The notes under the pieces: generated by a model | Database searches by the model: none | What the model saw: only the letters and a program-made list of their open reading frames with translations | What the model was told of the DNA's origin: nothing | Shown: piece by piece, positions 48,605-58,782 of the stretch | Layout of the letters: each line of letters starts with the position of its first letter | Numbering within the stretch: position 1 is the first letter of the stretch | Program-made: the position numbers and the translations under genes | Origin: Anaerolineae bacterium | GTDB taxonomy: Bacteria; Chloroflexota; Anaerolineae; UBA1429 | NCBI GenBank assembly: GCA_963675785.1 | Contig: OY776562.1 | Location: forward strand, 2,464,001-2,528,000 | Reading direction: 5' to 3' | Length of the DNA stretch: 64,000 nucleotides

Positions 48605-49872
48605 CGGTTGCATCCGCTCCAACGGCCGCTCACCGCCGCCTCAATGCACTGCTGCAAGCTGCCTAAATGAGGCAACAGTCCTGAATGCGGCAGGGCATAA
48701 GCCGCCATCTTGGCCGAATTGGTGGCCAGAGAATGATAATTCAGCTCGCTCATGGGCGCCACCACCACACAGCCATCGGCCACTACCATACCGCCAGCCC
48801 GCTCGATAGCCTCGACATAGCCCAATTCGACGCTGCGATCTTTGACCTGGCGCGAGGTGGTGACCCACAGCATGGCGCTGAGCGTTTGGCCTTCGACCGC
48901 ATCAGCTACCGCCCGCAATTCTTGCAGCGAGGCGTGGGGGCAGCCAATCACCACCAAATCGATAACCTGTTCAGAGGCGTTCAAAGCCGCATAAGCGGGT
49001 TCGAGTGAATCCACTGTCACCTTGATGACCTTATCGAGCAGTAAATCCTTACGCTCGCGTGCCTCAGGGGTGATGCCTTGGAGATGGTAAAGCGCCACCG
49101 CCCCACTAGAGGCCAAGGCTGCGCCTAATAACTTGAACGAATCTGCATAGATCGAATCGACCAAAGCAGAACGTCCTTCCTCAGAGAAATCAATACCAGA
49201 CAGTTCGAGCCCCTTAACATAAGGCACGCCGTTACCAGCCAATTTGCCCACGATATAGCCCAGAGCGGCGAATTCGTGAGGCTCATGCACAGGGCAGCGT
49301 ACCTCGACGAGATGCGTCGCCCGGCGACCCGCATCGGTATGCAGGCCATAATCCGCGGTGCGCCCGCAAACCGCCGAGGCCAAGGCACTGGGGCCACCCT
49401 CACGGTTGGTGCGAGCGCCGAGCACCGAGTTGGCAAAGGCTACGGCACTGGATTCGCTCCAGGCTATATGCTCCCCCAAGCCCGGGAGGTTACCCACCAG
49501 ATAAGGCGTGCACGTGCATGTGGGTTGAATACCCATGGACACATAGGCCTCTATCGTCGCCTGCTGACGCGAGGCAAAAGCCGCAGAAAAGCCCATGCGC
49601 TGCCAATCGCGCATGTCCATGCCTGCCGGGTTGAGTGTAGTCGGCACGCACACCCGAGCGCCCTCGCTGGCCCAATCCTGAATAAAAGAAAGTCCGGCCT
49701 CGCCCAGGTTACGGTAACTTACGCCGGCAACCTGCACCGATTCCACTGGCAAAAGGCGGCTAGCACCGTACACCCGCCCCAGTGTTTCCACAATCTCCAT
49801 GGCACGCTGGACGGCCCGCCCTTGCTTGCCAGCCAGCATACTTTTTTCTGTATCGGTAAGCGTTAACATCAT
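48601..49872 (-). CDS. Aconitase X catalytic (DUF521) subunit; phosphomevalonate dehydratase large subunit-like
   Basis: [54 protein letters not shown]. Confidence 0.88.
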   Translation of the reverse strand: MMLTLTDTEKSMLAGKQGRAVQRAMEIVETLGRVYGASRLLPVESVQVAGVSYRNLGEAGLSFIQDWASEGARVCVPTTLNPAGMDMRDWQRMGFSAAFASRQQATIEAYVSMGIQPTCTCTPYLVGNLPGLGEHIAWSESSAVAFANSVLGARTNREGGPSALASAVCGRTADYGLHTDAGRRATHLVEVRCPVHEPHEFAALGYIVGKLAGNGVPYVKGLELSGIDFSEEGRSALVDSIYADSFKLLGAALASSGAVALYHLQGITPEARERKDLLLDKVIKVTVDSLEPAYAALNASEQVIDLVVIGCPHASLQELRAVADAVEGQTLSAMLWVTTSRQVKDRSVELGYVEAIERAGGMVVADGCVVVAPMSELNYHSLATNSAKMAAYALPHSGLLPHLGSLQQCIEAAVSGRWSGCNR

Positions 49873-49877
49873 ACTAT

Positions 49878-51197
49878 TTACTCGTAATCCGCAAGATCGA
49901 TGGGCTCATAATCCTCAATAGCATAATCGCTCATGTCCGGTGCCTGGGCCGAATCCCAGTGAATGGTAGCATCCAAAGCCAGTTTGGCCGTGCGCGTCTT
50001 TTTGCCAGGCACATGCCGCGCCGAAGGATCGAGCGAACTGCTGGGTTGATCGGTAAACAATTCCAGATCGCGGTCGGCCTGAAAGCGCGTGGCAATAGCC
50101 CAGGCTACTTGCTCGGGATCATGAATGTTCACGTCATGATCAACCACCACCACGTGCTTGAGCGACGTATGCCCCTTGAAAGCTGCCCGTCCTGCCAGTT
50201 TGCCATCTGCCGGTCTCTGCTTGTCGATCTGCACCACGGCGTGAAGCCAATAACCTCCGCCAGCAGTCATGGTCACATCGGTGCAGCGACAGACCTCATT
50301 CACAGACGCATAAATAGTGGGCTCGCGCGGTGTACCCATGAGCACCTTGTGCTCAGCGCCGCCTGGCAACAACGCCTGATAAATGGGCTCGCGGCGATGG
50401 GTAATGCGCTCTACCACAAAGACGGGTTGTTGGCGCACAAAATCGCGCGTCTGCGTCAGGTCGACAAAGGGCCCTTCATCGACCATCTCGTGAGTAAGCC
50501 GGCCTTCGAGCACGATCTCCGTATCAGCCGGGATGACCAGTTCGTCCTCTATACTCTTACATACCCGAATCGGCGTGAGGGCGTTGGCAATGTGCAGCTC
50601 ATTCACACCGGCTGCTGGCGACATGGCCGCTGCTAACTGTACAGCCGGTGGCGCACCAATACACACTACCATGGGCAGGTCTTCTATAGTGCGCGACCAA
50701 GCGGTGTGTGTGCCACGGTTTTCCACCAGGCGCACCGCAAAACGATCTGGGGCGATTTGCATCAGGCGATGAAAGGCAGCATTTGGCCCAGTCACAGGGT
50801 CATTGATAATAGCCACACCCGAAGTCACATAAGGGCCGCCATCCTTGCCAAAGTGGGTGAGAATGGGCAACTCATCAAGATCGACGCGATCCCGTACCAT
50901 CTGTTGACAGGCTGGCAAATCATCCCATGCGGGCTCAGATGGGTTGGCCAAAGCCTGCACCATGCGCCCCAAGACCTCACTTGGGCCACAATCCAGGAAC
51001 AAAGCCAGGTAATCGCGGCTGCCAAACAGGCCGGCCACAACACGCCCACTCCAGTTAGCTACATCATCAAAAATGACCAACTCTTCGCCCAAAGCATGGA
51101 TGACCCGCGCCATCTCTAGCTCGGCAGAAACCTGCTTGCCCATATGGTGCAACAGGCCGCGCTCGTCGGCCAGCTCAATCAGTTCTCTGACGTCCAC
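49878..51197 (-). CDS. UbiD-family prFMN decarboxylase (anhydromevalonate-phosphate decarboxylase-like)
   Basis: DGGPYVTSG, FHRL, EIVLEG, EGPFVD, VVVDHDVNIHD...WAIATRFQAD. Confidence 0.88.
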   Translation of the reverse strand: MDVRELIELADERGLLHHMGKQVSAELEMARVIHALGEELVIFDDVANWSGRVVAGLFGSRDYLALFLDCGPSEVLGRMVQALANPSEPAWDDLPACQQMVRDRVDLDELPILTHFGKDGGPYVTSGVAIINDPVTGPNAAFHRLMQIAPDRFAVRLVENRGTHTAWSRTIEDLPMVVCIGAPPAVQLAAAMSPAAGVNELHIANALTPIRVCKSIEDELVIPADTEIVLEGRLTHEMVDEGPFVDLTQTRDFVRQQPVFVVERITHRREPIYQALLPGGAEHKVLMGTPREPTIYASVNEVCRCTDVTMTAGGGYWLHAVVQIDKQRPADGKLAGRAAFKGHTSLKHVVVVDHDVNIHDPEQVAWAIATRFQADRDLELFTDQPSSSLDPSARHVPGKKTRTAKLALDATIHWDSAQAPDMSDYAIEDYEPIDLADYE

Positions 51198-52134
51198 CCT
51201 GCCGCCTCACTTTTTCCGTGCCTTGCCGGGTCACACGATAGTGATCCAAATCATGTGGTATTTTGGTGTGGGGGAATATAGTCCGTGCCTCTTGAATTAG
51301 CTCGGCTGCCATATACCGCCGGGAAATGTGAACCAGGAACAACTGCTTGACGCCAGCATCCCGTGCCAAGGTTGCCCCCTGGGCCGCTGTCAAGTGGCCG
51401 AAATGTGCTGCCATATCGGCCTCGCGCTGACCGTAGGTCGATTCAATGATCAGTACATCGGCGCCCTTGCAGGCTTCCAACAAATTATCTGTGCGGCCCG
51501 TATCGCCAATATGTACCACCTTGAGCCCAGGCATGGCCTCGTCCAGCACTGTTTCCGGCTCAATAACGCGGCCATCATCCAAGGTAATAGGCTCACCGCT
51601 CACCAGTTTTCGACGCTCTGGGCCGATAGGTACTCCCAAAGCAGTCGCCTTTTCAACATTAAAGGGGCGGTGACTCTTTTCCTCAAATACATAGCCAAAA
51701 CACCCCGGTCCGCGATGTATAACCGGTACAGCGCGAATGGTCATATCATCGTTTTCCCAGATCAAGCCCTCTTGCACGATGTGGCAATCGACGGTCATGT
51801 CTACCTCGCCGCCGCGCAAGACGATGTCCATCAAGGCGGCCACGCGCTCTAGCGCCCAGCGGCCCCCATACAGGTCAATCTCAGAGATGGACTCCCATCG
51901 CGAAAAGGTAGACATCAACCCCCCCAGCCCAAGAATATGATCCAGATGGCCATGGGTGAGCAGTATCTTGTCCAATTTGCGAAAGCCCACGCCGCTTCGC
52001 AGAATCTGGCGCTGCGTGCCCTCGCCAGCATCCACCAAAAAACGTTGGTCATCGTGCATGATGATCAACGAAGAAAGCCCCCGATCAATGGATGGAGCAG
52101 AAGCAGAGGTGCCTAGAAAGACTATTTCAAACAT
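51175..52134 (-). CDS. rnz: Ribonuclease Z
   Basis: FLGTSAS.P, DAGEGTQRQ, THGHLDHILG, GP exosite, GDT, HISRRY. Confidence 0.93.
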   Translation of the reverse strand: MFEIVFLGTSASAPSIDRGLSSLIIMHDDQRFLVDAGEGTQRQILRSGVGFRKLDKILLTHGHLDHILGLGGLMSTFSRWESISEIDLYGGRWALERVAALMDIVLRGGEVDMTVDCHIVQEGLIWENDDMTIRAVPVIHRGPGCFGYVFEEKSHRPFNVEKATALGVPIGPERRKLVSGEPITLDDGRVIEPETVLDEAMPGLKVVHIGDTGRTDNLLEACKGADVLIIESTYGQREADMAAHFGHLTAAQGATLARDAGVKQLFLVHISRRYMAAELIQEARTIFPHTKIPHDLDHYRVTRQGTEKVRRQGGRQRTD

Positions 52135-52234
52135 ATTCCGGTTCCTAAGGCTCGACGTTTCGCCGAACAAAAGAGGGATATGAGACGCTGGAGATTCACC
52201 TCACGGCGCACTCACATCCCCTTCTCGACTAGAA

Positions 52235-52681
52235 CTACAGATCCTTGCCCATCACAACGATCGGCTCCATCACCTCATATCCAAGGCGTTCGTAAAGGTC
52301 AATAGCCCGGGTATTGCCACGGAACACAAGTAAATGGGTCCGCAAACAGCCCAGCGCGCGCAGTCGCGCCTCCGCCTCAGCAATGAGCGCCGAACCGATG
52401 CCATCCCCGCGCCTATCTGGCGCCACAACCAGATGACTGAGCGTACCGCGCCGGCCGTCCCAACCAGCCATGATTACCCCAACGATGCGCTCGCCCTCTT
52501 CGGCAACCAGAAAAAGGTCTGGATCGCGCTGCAAGCGCTTGTTGATCTCATCCAGCTCATCAGAAGGTCTGAGCGAAACGCCTGGGCCACCATTCAGCCA
52601 GAGATCTCTAACCTGAGGGTAATCCGCAACAACAAAAGGGCGAATCATCCAGCTCTCAGGCATCTTGCTCTGTCTGGCCAA
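52235..52681 (-). CDS. GNAT acetyltransferase (YpeA-like)
   Basis: GWDGRRG..HLVV.PDRRGDGIGSAL, N..AIDLYERLGY. Confidence 0.88.
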   Translation of the reverse strand: MARQSKMPESWMIRPFVVADYPQVRDLWLNGGPGVSLRPSDELDEINKRLQRDPDLFLVAEEGERIVGVIMAGWDGRRGTLSHLVVAPDRRGDGIGSALIAEAEARLRALGCLRTHLLVFRGNTRAIDLYERLGYEVMEPIVVMGKDL

Positions 52682-54512
52682 CTAACTGACGCCAGGGACC
52701 GTAAATACCGTCCTCTGAAACGCCATAGTAAATCAAGTAATCACCGCCCGTACGCTGAACGAGGTCGAAATGAGGGCGACCTGCCCGCTTGTAGCGATGC
52801 CAGAGCCCCAAATCACCCTGCCATTTGACGTTATCTGCCTGGAACGTGCCCTTTTCTTTGAGGGCAATGGCATAACGCCACAGACGCCGCGCCGATGAAT
52901 GGGTCACGTTGTTCACTTCGCCACCATCGCGCAGATCGCGCATGGTATGATACAATACACCGTCACGATCTTCGCTCTTGACGATTTGTACGCCAGTGCT
53001 AGGTCCAGGCATAAGACCATCCGCCCCAATCGTTTCGGGGGCTGCCTTTTCTTCGGGCTTTTCTTTGGCCTGAGAGTTAGAGGGCGCCTGCTCCTTGCCC
53101 TTGTTCCTTGATTGCTGCTTTTGCGGCTCGCGCTGCGCCCTAGGCGCAGGTTTTTCGACGGGTGGACGTTGCGGCGGCGGTGAAGCCTTCGCAGCAGGCT
53201 CCAAAATTCGCTCCAACAAAGCAACCAGCTCATCGCGCATGGCCAATGATGTTTCCGTCTCGCGTCGAAGATAGATTTTACTGCCTTCCATCGCATAGGG
53301 ACGATCCGGCCCAACCGGTACTTCGATACGGATCACATGCACACCGCGCGTTTGCAAATCACTAATGCTCACCTCGAGCTGTGGTGTAATGAGCCGATCA
53401 ATTCCTTTTTGCAGCTCAGCGATTGCCTCTTGCGGCGAATCAATCCCTACAGGAGCCTGGCGTAGATTATGCGACACCCCAACATAAACGGTACCACCCT
53501 GCGTATTGGCAAAAGCTACTACATCACGTAAGACACTGTGCAATCGTCCACCTTGTCGGCTCATACCCTCATGAAAACTCTGCACAATGCTGGGTCCCTC
53601 TTTACGAGCTGCCTCAACATAGTCAAAGGGTGCGGAACGTTGTCGGTAAGGCCGAGTGCGGTCAAACTGAGTGCTTTTGAAAAGCTCCAATAGAGCATCA
53701 AAACTCACTTCGGGGACAAGTACCTCGGTGGCACGCTCACCAATACCAATCTTTTGATGATCGCCTGAAACACCCTGTACAAGGTGAGAATCCGATCCCT
53801 GGATACAGTGCATTCTGCGGGGGTATTCTGGCTTGGAACCGTTAAAGAACGAGGCCGTGGTGCGCCGCCTCTTGGTCTCGAGATCGGTAACCTCCAAAGC
53901 ATGGAGGTTAGGATCCTGAGTAAAAGCAATCTTGGTTTGGCCGCCAAGCCCCAGGCCCACCATGGCCACACCGTTGCTGCTGTTGGCGTGTGCCGCAATC
54001 ACCAAGGCGCCGGCCTTGGCCATGATCCCATAAGCCGAGATCACATCCGTGGTAGCACCCACAAGCACTTCGCCCATTTCCAAGGAACCAATGGGCACAT
54101 CCAGATCGATAAGCACGTGCTCTATGGCACGAATTGGCGTTTTGGGATCAAACAACGCCAAAATATGAAACCCAAACATGGCCGTGAACTCGAACCCTGG
54201 CAAAACCAGGATCTTGTCCAATAACCTCTTGTATTCGTTCAATCGTTCGCGGTCTGGCGGGCGTATAGCCCCGATGGCTTCCCAACGTTCCAGATCATGA
54301 ATCTCTTGCATCATGGCCGCATACCCTGCGACCGTGTTATGGTCCGTAAATCCGATAATATCGAGCCCTTCGGCTTCTGCTTTGCGCAGAATGTCGAGGT
54401 AACTTACACCCGATTCAGCATAGTCTTTGGAGCCAGGCGTATGCAGATGGAGGTCAATTCGTCTCCATTGCATCCTCTCTTTCGAGTCCCTGCTCCCCCT
54501 TGATCTTGCCAC
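52656..54512 (-). CDS. PHP-domain + Schlafen/AlbA_2-like domain fusion protein
   Basis: [27 protein letters not shown] (PHP); [17 protein letters not shown] (AlbA_2); Pro/Lys/Gln linker; unknown C-terminal domain. Confidence 0.82.
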   Translation of the reverse strand: MARSRGSRDSKERMQWRRIDLHLHTPGSKDYAESGVSYLDILRKAEAEGLDIIGFTDHNTVAGYAAMMQEIHDLERWEAIGAIRPPDRERLNEYKRLLDKILVLPGFEFTAMFGFHILALFDPKTPIRAIEHVLIDLDVPIGSLEMGEVLVGATTDVISAYGIMAKAGALVIAAHANSSNGVAMVGLGLGGQTKIAFTQDPNLHALEVTDLETKRRRTTASFFNGSKPEYPRRMHCIQGSDSHLVQGVSGDHQKIGIGERATEVLVPEVSFDALLELFKSTQFDRTRPYRQRSAPFDYVEAARKEGPSIVQSFHEGMSRQGGRLHSVLRDVVAFANTQGGTVYVGVSHNLRQAPVGIDSPQEAIAELQKGIDRLITPQLEVSISDLQTRGVHVIRIEVPVGPDRPYAMEGSKIYLRRETETSLAMRDELVALLERILEPAAKASPPPQRPPVEKPAPRAQREPQKQQSRNKGKEQAPSNSQAKEKPEEKAAPETIGADGLMPGPSTGVQIVKSEDRDGVLYHTMRDLRDGGEVNNVTHSSARRLWRYAIALKEKGTFQADNVKWQGDLGLWHRYKRAGRPHFDLVQRTGGDYLIYYGVSEDGIYGPWRQLVGQTEQDA

Positions 54513-56991
54513 TGTTATTTCCTTCCACCTTGCCGAACGCTTCCTCAAAAACTTGGTCTACGCGATCGACAAGTACAAATGTCATTTGCTCACGCACATC
54601 ATCGGGTATCTCATCAAGATCTCTTTCATTACGCCGGGGAATACAAATCTTTTTGAGACCCGCACGGTGTGCGGCGAGTACTTTTTCTTTAATGCCGCCA
54701 ACTGGCAGTACCTGGCCACGCAGGGTAATCTCACCCGTCATGGCCAGTTCACCATCAATCGGCGAGTTAGTGAGCAAGGAAGCCAATGCAGTAGCCATAG
54801 CGACGCCTGCCGACGGACCATCTTTGGGGATGGCCCCTGCCGGAACATGCAAATGAATATCGGACCTTTCAAACTGGTCCTCGTCCACGCCAAGAGCGCT
54901 CGCTCTGGAGCGCACATAACTCAGCGCGGCCTGCGCAGATTCGCGCATCACATCGCCTAATTGGCCTGTCACAATAAACTGCTTACTTCCCCGCATCCGG
55001 GTGGCCTCGATGAACAGAATATCTCCGCCAGAGGGTGTCCAGGCCAAACCCGTAGCAACGCCTGGAACCTGTGTACGCTGAGCCGCCTCGTAAAAATAGA
55101 TGGGCTTGCCCAAGTATTCGGCAACATCCTCTGCGCCGACCCTGCACGATTCTGTATCTCCTTCAGCAATTCGCGTGGCCACCTTGCGGCACACACCGCC
55201 AATGCGTCGTTCAAGCTCGCGCACCCCGGCTTCGCGTGTATACTGCCGCACAATTTCTCGAATTGCCGATTCTTCTAGTTGTACCTCGTCCTCACGCAGG
55301 CCGTTTTCACGGATCTGCCTGGGCAAGAGATACTGTCGAGCGATTGCGACCTTTTCCTCTTCGGTATAACCAGAGATCTGGATGATCTCCATGCGGTCGC
55401 GCAACGCACTGGGAATTGTGTCCAGCACATTGGCCGTTGCAATAAAGAACACCTGAGAGAGGTCAAAGGGCACATCCAAATAATGATCGCGAAATTCGCT
55501 GTTCTGCTCGGGGTCCAGCACTTCGAGTAAAGCCGAAGAAGGATCACCCCGGAAATCACTACCTAATTTGTCAATCTCATCCAGCATGAAAACCGGATTT
55601 CGCGATCCGCAACGACTGAGGCCCTGAATAATGCGACCGGGCATGGCGCCAATATAGGTGCGCCTGTGTCCGCGAATTTCAGCCTCGTCGCGCATACCAC
55701 CCAACGATTGACGAATGAACTCTCGGCCCATGGCTCTGGCAATGGAACGCCCAAGCGATGTTTTGCCGACACCCGGAGGGCCTACAAAACACAGAATTAC
55801 GCCCTCACGCTCATGCCGAATGTGATCCGTCGGTTGGTTATCCTCAGAAGGTTCGCCAGTCCGCTCTTGACGCAGCTTGCGCACAGCCAAATACTCGAGA
55901 ATGCGCTCTTTGACGCGCTTGAGGCCGTAATGATCCTCATCAAGAATCTCGCGTGCATCAGAGATCACTAGCTTGTCTTCAGTAAGCACTTGCCAGGGCA
56001 GCTCGGTCAACCATCCCAAATAGGTGCGAATTACACCATACTCTGCAGATGCTGACGGAATCCTGGACATGCGCTCCAATTCGCGCGCCGCCTCCTTTCT
56101 TGCCTCATCCGGCATACCTGATCGTTCAATCTTGTCGCGCAGCTCGTTAATCTCGACCGCTTGCTCGTCTTCCTCACCGAGCTCACGACGGATCGCTTTG
56201 AGCTGTTCTCGCAAATAGTACTCGCGCTGGCTCTTTTCCATGCCCGATTGCGCATCGGTCTGGATCTTTTTGCCCAGTTCGAGCACCTCGACTTCCCGCC
56301 CCAGCACAGTGATGAGACGACGCAGCTTGTCGGCCACGCTGTCCATCTCTAGCACCTGCTGGCGGACGGCCATATCCATTCGTGTACTCGTAGCCACAAC
56401 GTAGGCCAGTTGCCTGGCGTCATCAGCATCGAGCGCACTGGTTACAATCTCTTCTGGTAGATAAGCTGCCAGTTCGACCAACTGGCGGAACAGGTCGATG
56501 GTGGTCCGCATCAAGGCATCAAGCTCGACTGAATCTTCAAGGGAATCCGGGGCAGCTTCTATAGTAGCCCGCATATATGGATCACGCTGGGTAAATCCCG
56601 TCAGGCGAACGCGCTCCAAGCCCTGCACGATGATATGCAACGCCGAACCATCGGGTGTACGCGCCAGACGATGGATCGTCGCCAGAGTGCCGTACTCGTA
56701 GAGATCCTCTGGCGTTGGCTCGTCCACATCGGGATTCTTGAGCGCCACCAGCGCCACCTGACGATCGGCCAAAACCACATCGTCAACCAGCTTGATCGAA
56801 CGGGGTTTTTGCACCAAAAGAGGTAATACGGTAAGCGGAAACACCACCGTGTTTTTTAGTGGAAGTATGGGCAATTCCTGAGGGAATCCAGAAACTTCTG
56901 GCTCTGAGATAACCTCAATTGTTCGTTCTTGTTCTGCTGTATTGTCACTCAACACCTCTATTGGTGTGGTGTTGGTATTATCTGCAACCAT
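54454..56991 (-). CDS. lon: ATP-dependent protease La
   Basis: [33 protein letters not shown] catalytic Ser, GGIKEK. Confidence 0.97.
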   Translation of the reverse strand: MVADNTNTTPIEVLSDNTAEQERTIEVISEPEVSGFPQELPILPLKNTVVFPLTVLPLLVQKPRSIKLVDDVVLADRQVALVALKNPDVDEPTPEDLYEYGTLATIHRLARTPDGSALHIIVQGLERVRLTGFTQRDPYMRATIEAAPDSLEDSVELDALMRTTIDLFRQLVELAAYLPEEIVTSALDADDARQLAYVVATSTRMDMAVRQQVLEMDSVADKLRRLITVLGREVEVLELGKKIQTDAQSGMEKSQREYYLREQLKAIRRELGEEDEQAVEINELRDKIERSGMPDEARKEAARELERMSRIPSASAEYGVIRTYLGWLTELPWQVLTEDKLVISDAREILDEDHYGLKRVKERILEYLAVRKLRQERTGEPSEDNQPTDHIRHEREGVILCFVGPPGVGKTSLGRSIARAMGREFIRQSLGGMRDEAEIRGHRRTYIGAMPGRIIQGLSRCGSRNPVFMLDEIDKLGSDFRGDPSSALLEVLDPEQNSEFRDHYLDVPFDLSQVFFIATANVLDTIPSALRDRMEIIQISGYTEEEKVAIARQYLLPRQIRENGLREDEVQLEESAIREIVRQYTREAGVRELERRIGGVCRKVATRIAEGDTESCRVGAEDVAEYLGKPIYFYEAAQRTQVPGVATGLAWTPSGGDILFIEATRMRGSKQFIVTGQLGDVMRESAQAALSYVRSRASALGVDEDQFERSDIHLHVPAGAIPKDGPSAGVAMATALASLLTNSPIDGELAMTGEITLRGQVLPVGGIKEKVLAAHRAGLKKICIPRRNERDLDEIPDDVREQMTFVLVDRVDQVFEEAFGKVEGNNSGKIKGEQGLEREDAMETN

Positions 56992-57039
56992 GATGACTCC
57001 ACCAATCAATTCTTGGGCAAAACGCGCTGCCTATCTCCC

Positions 57040-57477
57040 CTATTCCTCCACAGACTTGATGGGAACGTGTCGTTGTCTGTTGTTCTTGGGCAGATATACA
57101 AAGAGGAAGCCATCCTCATAATCAGCGCGAATCGCATCTTCATCGAGTGCCCAACCTATGAGCACTTCAGTACGAAACTCTCCGTAACGGATCTCCATAT
57201 TCTGATAGATGATCTTACCCGTGGGATCCTTACGACGGCCAGAAATTGTGAGCCGCCGATTTTCAAAAGAGACATGCAAATCAGATTCTTGCATGCCCGC
57301 AATCTCTACTTTGACGACGACAGCCTCATCGGTCTCAAAGACATCTGTAGGCGGGCGCCAACAACGGTCGCTGCTGGCACTGTACCACTCGCCTCGCTGA
57401 CTCAAACGCGTCCACCCATGTCCCAAAGCACCAACATCTTCGTCGCCACAAACCTGAATCATTTTGACGTCCATCAT
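57040..57477 (-). CDS. Hsp20/alpha-crystallin family protein
   Basis: WRPPTDVFET, EIRYGEF, ADYEDGFL...LPK; adjacent to lon. Confidence 0.92.
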   Translation of the reverse strand: MMDVKMIQVCGDEDVGALGHGWTRLSQRGEWYSASSDRCWRPPTDVFETDEAVVVKVEIAGMQESDLHVSFENRRLTISGRRKDPTGKIIYQNMEIRYGEFRTEVLIGWALDEDAIRADYEDGFLFVYLPKNNRQRHVPIKSVEE

Positions 57478-57582
57478 GTCGGCATGTACCTCATCGGGGT
57501 ATCATCGGAACCAACTCATACGTTCTATTTTACCACACTTGGCAGACGCTCTCAAACAACCATATGACTCAACCAATCATGT

Positions 57583-57611
57583 TTGACAGTGACCCCTAGC
57601 AGGCATAAAAT
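57583..57611 (+). promoter_or_regulatory. Sigma70 promoter of tRNA-Gly
   Basis: TTGACA-N17-TAAAAT. Confidence 0.7.
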
Positions 57612-57621
57612 ACCCTTGTTC

Positions 57622-57694
57622 GCGGGCGTAGCTCAGTTGGCAGAGCGTCTGCTTCCCAAGCAGAATGTCGTGGGTTCGAATCCCATCGCCCGCT
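57622..57694 (+). tRNA. tRNA-Gly(CCC)
   Basis: GCGGGCG/CGCCCGC stem, loop TTCCCAA, GGTTCGAATCCC; CCA not encoded. Confidence 0.95.
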
Positions 57695-57701
57695 CTATAT
57701 C

Positions 57702-57736
57702 AAGAGCCTACCTTATTCATCTGGCAGGCTCTTTTT
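57702..57736 (+). terminator. Terminator after tRNA-Gly
   Basis: AAGAGCCT...AGGCTCTT-ttt. Confidence 0.65.
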
Positions 57737-57769
57737 GTTCTATACGGAGCTAGACGGCACAGGGTCACA

Positions 57770-58432
57770 TTAACTGCTCAAATGCAGCACCACTACCCAA
57801 CCTTCGCCTTCAGCCGTAGCACCCTCTTGAAGCGGGAAAGAAAGGTCGAGGGATTGTGTTCCCTCCCAGGGATATTCCCACACGAACCCGCTGGCGTTGA
57901 CAGCAATGAGCTGCTCGCCGGTCATCTCTAGCACCAGGTCAAGCTGTTCATCTCCCCCCGAGCCCGAGCACTCGCCCTGCACGGCGATATCCATGTCCAG
58001 AGTGACCGCATACGTGCCCCAGTCTTGAGGGAGTACGTCTTCATAAGAGATGGCCCCCTGTCCCTCCACGCCAGAGCTGGTGGTAACAAAAGGCACACTC
58101 CCCACGGCTACCGGCTCCAAACCGACGATCTCGGCGGGGCCGACGAGCACTTGGATCTCCAACTCACCGGTTAACCCCTCACAGCGACTGGCCTCCTCCG
58201 GCGGCGTAAGATCGCCTCCCGATAGCGGTGTGGGTGTAAGTGTCGCAGTTGCCGTGGGTATGACAACCACAGTCGGCGTCGAAGAGGGTGTTGGCGTGGG
58301 TGTGTCAGTTGCCGCAGCAGCGGATTCGGGCGTCGTCGTGCCAGGTGCAGAGGTCGGGGTGCAAGCTGCCAAAACAACTATCATACAGAGAACGAAGAAA
58401 ACATAAACCAGACGACCATTATGTGTGCGCAT
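57770..58432 (-). CDS. Hypothetical lipoprotein with Thr/Pro-rich linker
   Basis: Lipobox VLAAC, TPTPTP linker, beta-rich C-terminal domain. Confidence 0.75.
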   Translation of the reverse strand: MRTHNGRLVYVFFVLCMIVVLAACTPTSAPGTTTPESAAAATDTPTPTPSSTPTVVVIPTATATLTPTPLSGGDLTPPEEASRCEGLTGELEIQVLVGPAEIVGLEPVAVGSVPFVTTSSGVEGQGAISYEDVLPQDWGTYAVTLDMDIAVQGECSGSGGDEQLDLVLEMTGEQLIAVNASGFVWEYPWEGTQSLDLSFPLQEGATAEGEGWVVVLHLSS

Positions 58433-58496
58433 CGACCACACTCCTTGGGGTTTTCAGCAAGCACGGCTTTGGGATCACTACGAGCGGTAGCTCAGG

Positions 58497-58725
58497 CTGG
58501 AGGAGTGAGGAATGTAAGAGTCTAGCGCACATAGCAAGCATATGTGCTTGCCCATCTATAATCAGTCTACTTGAAAATAGCACTAAAAGGCAAGGCCAAA
58601 CCTCGGCAAAACGCGCACTTTGCGTACCAACATCATCTGCGCTATTCTTGAACCATGTTATCCGCTCAGCGTCGAGGCGGTTGCCAAAATGGCAACCGCC
58701 TCGTTCCATATCCTCACTCCTTCAG
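58497..58725. repeat. 229-bp segment bounded by 15-bp inverted repeats, with an internal 14-bp hairpin
   Basis: CTGGAGGAGTGAGGA (58497-58511) vs TCCTCACTCCTTCAG (58711-58725); hairpin at 58673-58703. Confidence 0.55.
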
Positions 58726-58782
58726 ACTACTATGAGCCGAGGTGTATAATGAAACCATGCAGATCAACAGGGGCATTCATCC

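Noticed and set aside
58180-58360. Low-complexity repeats in the lipoprotein gene
   Set aside because: Ordinary Thr/Pro linker coding
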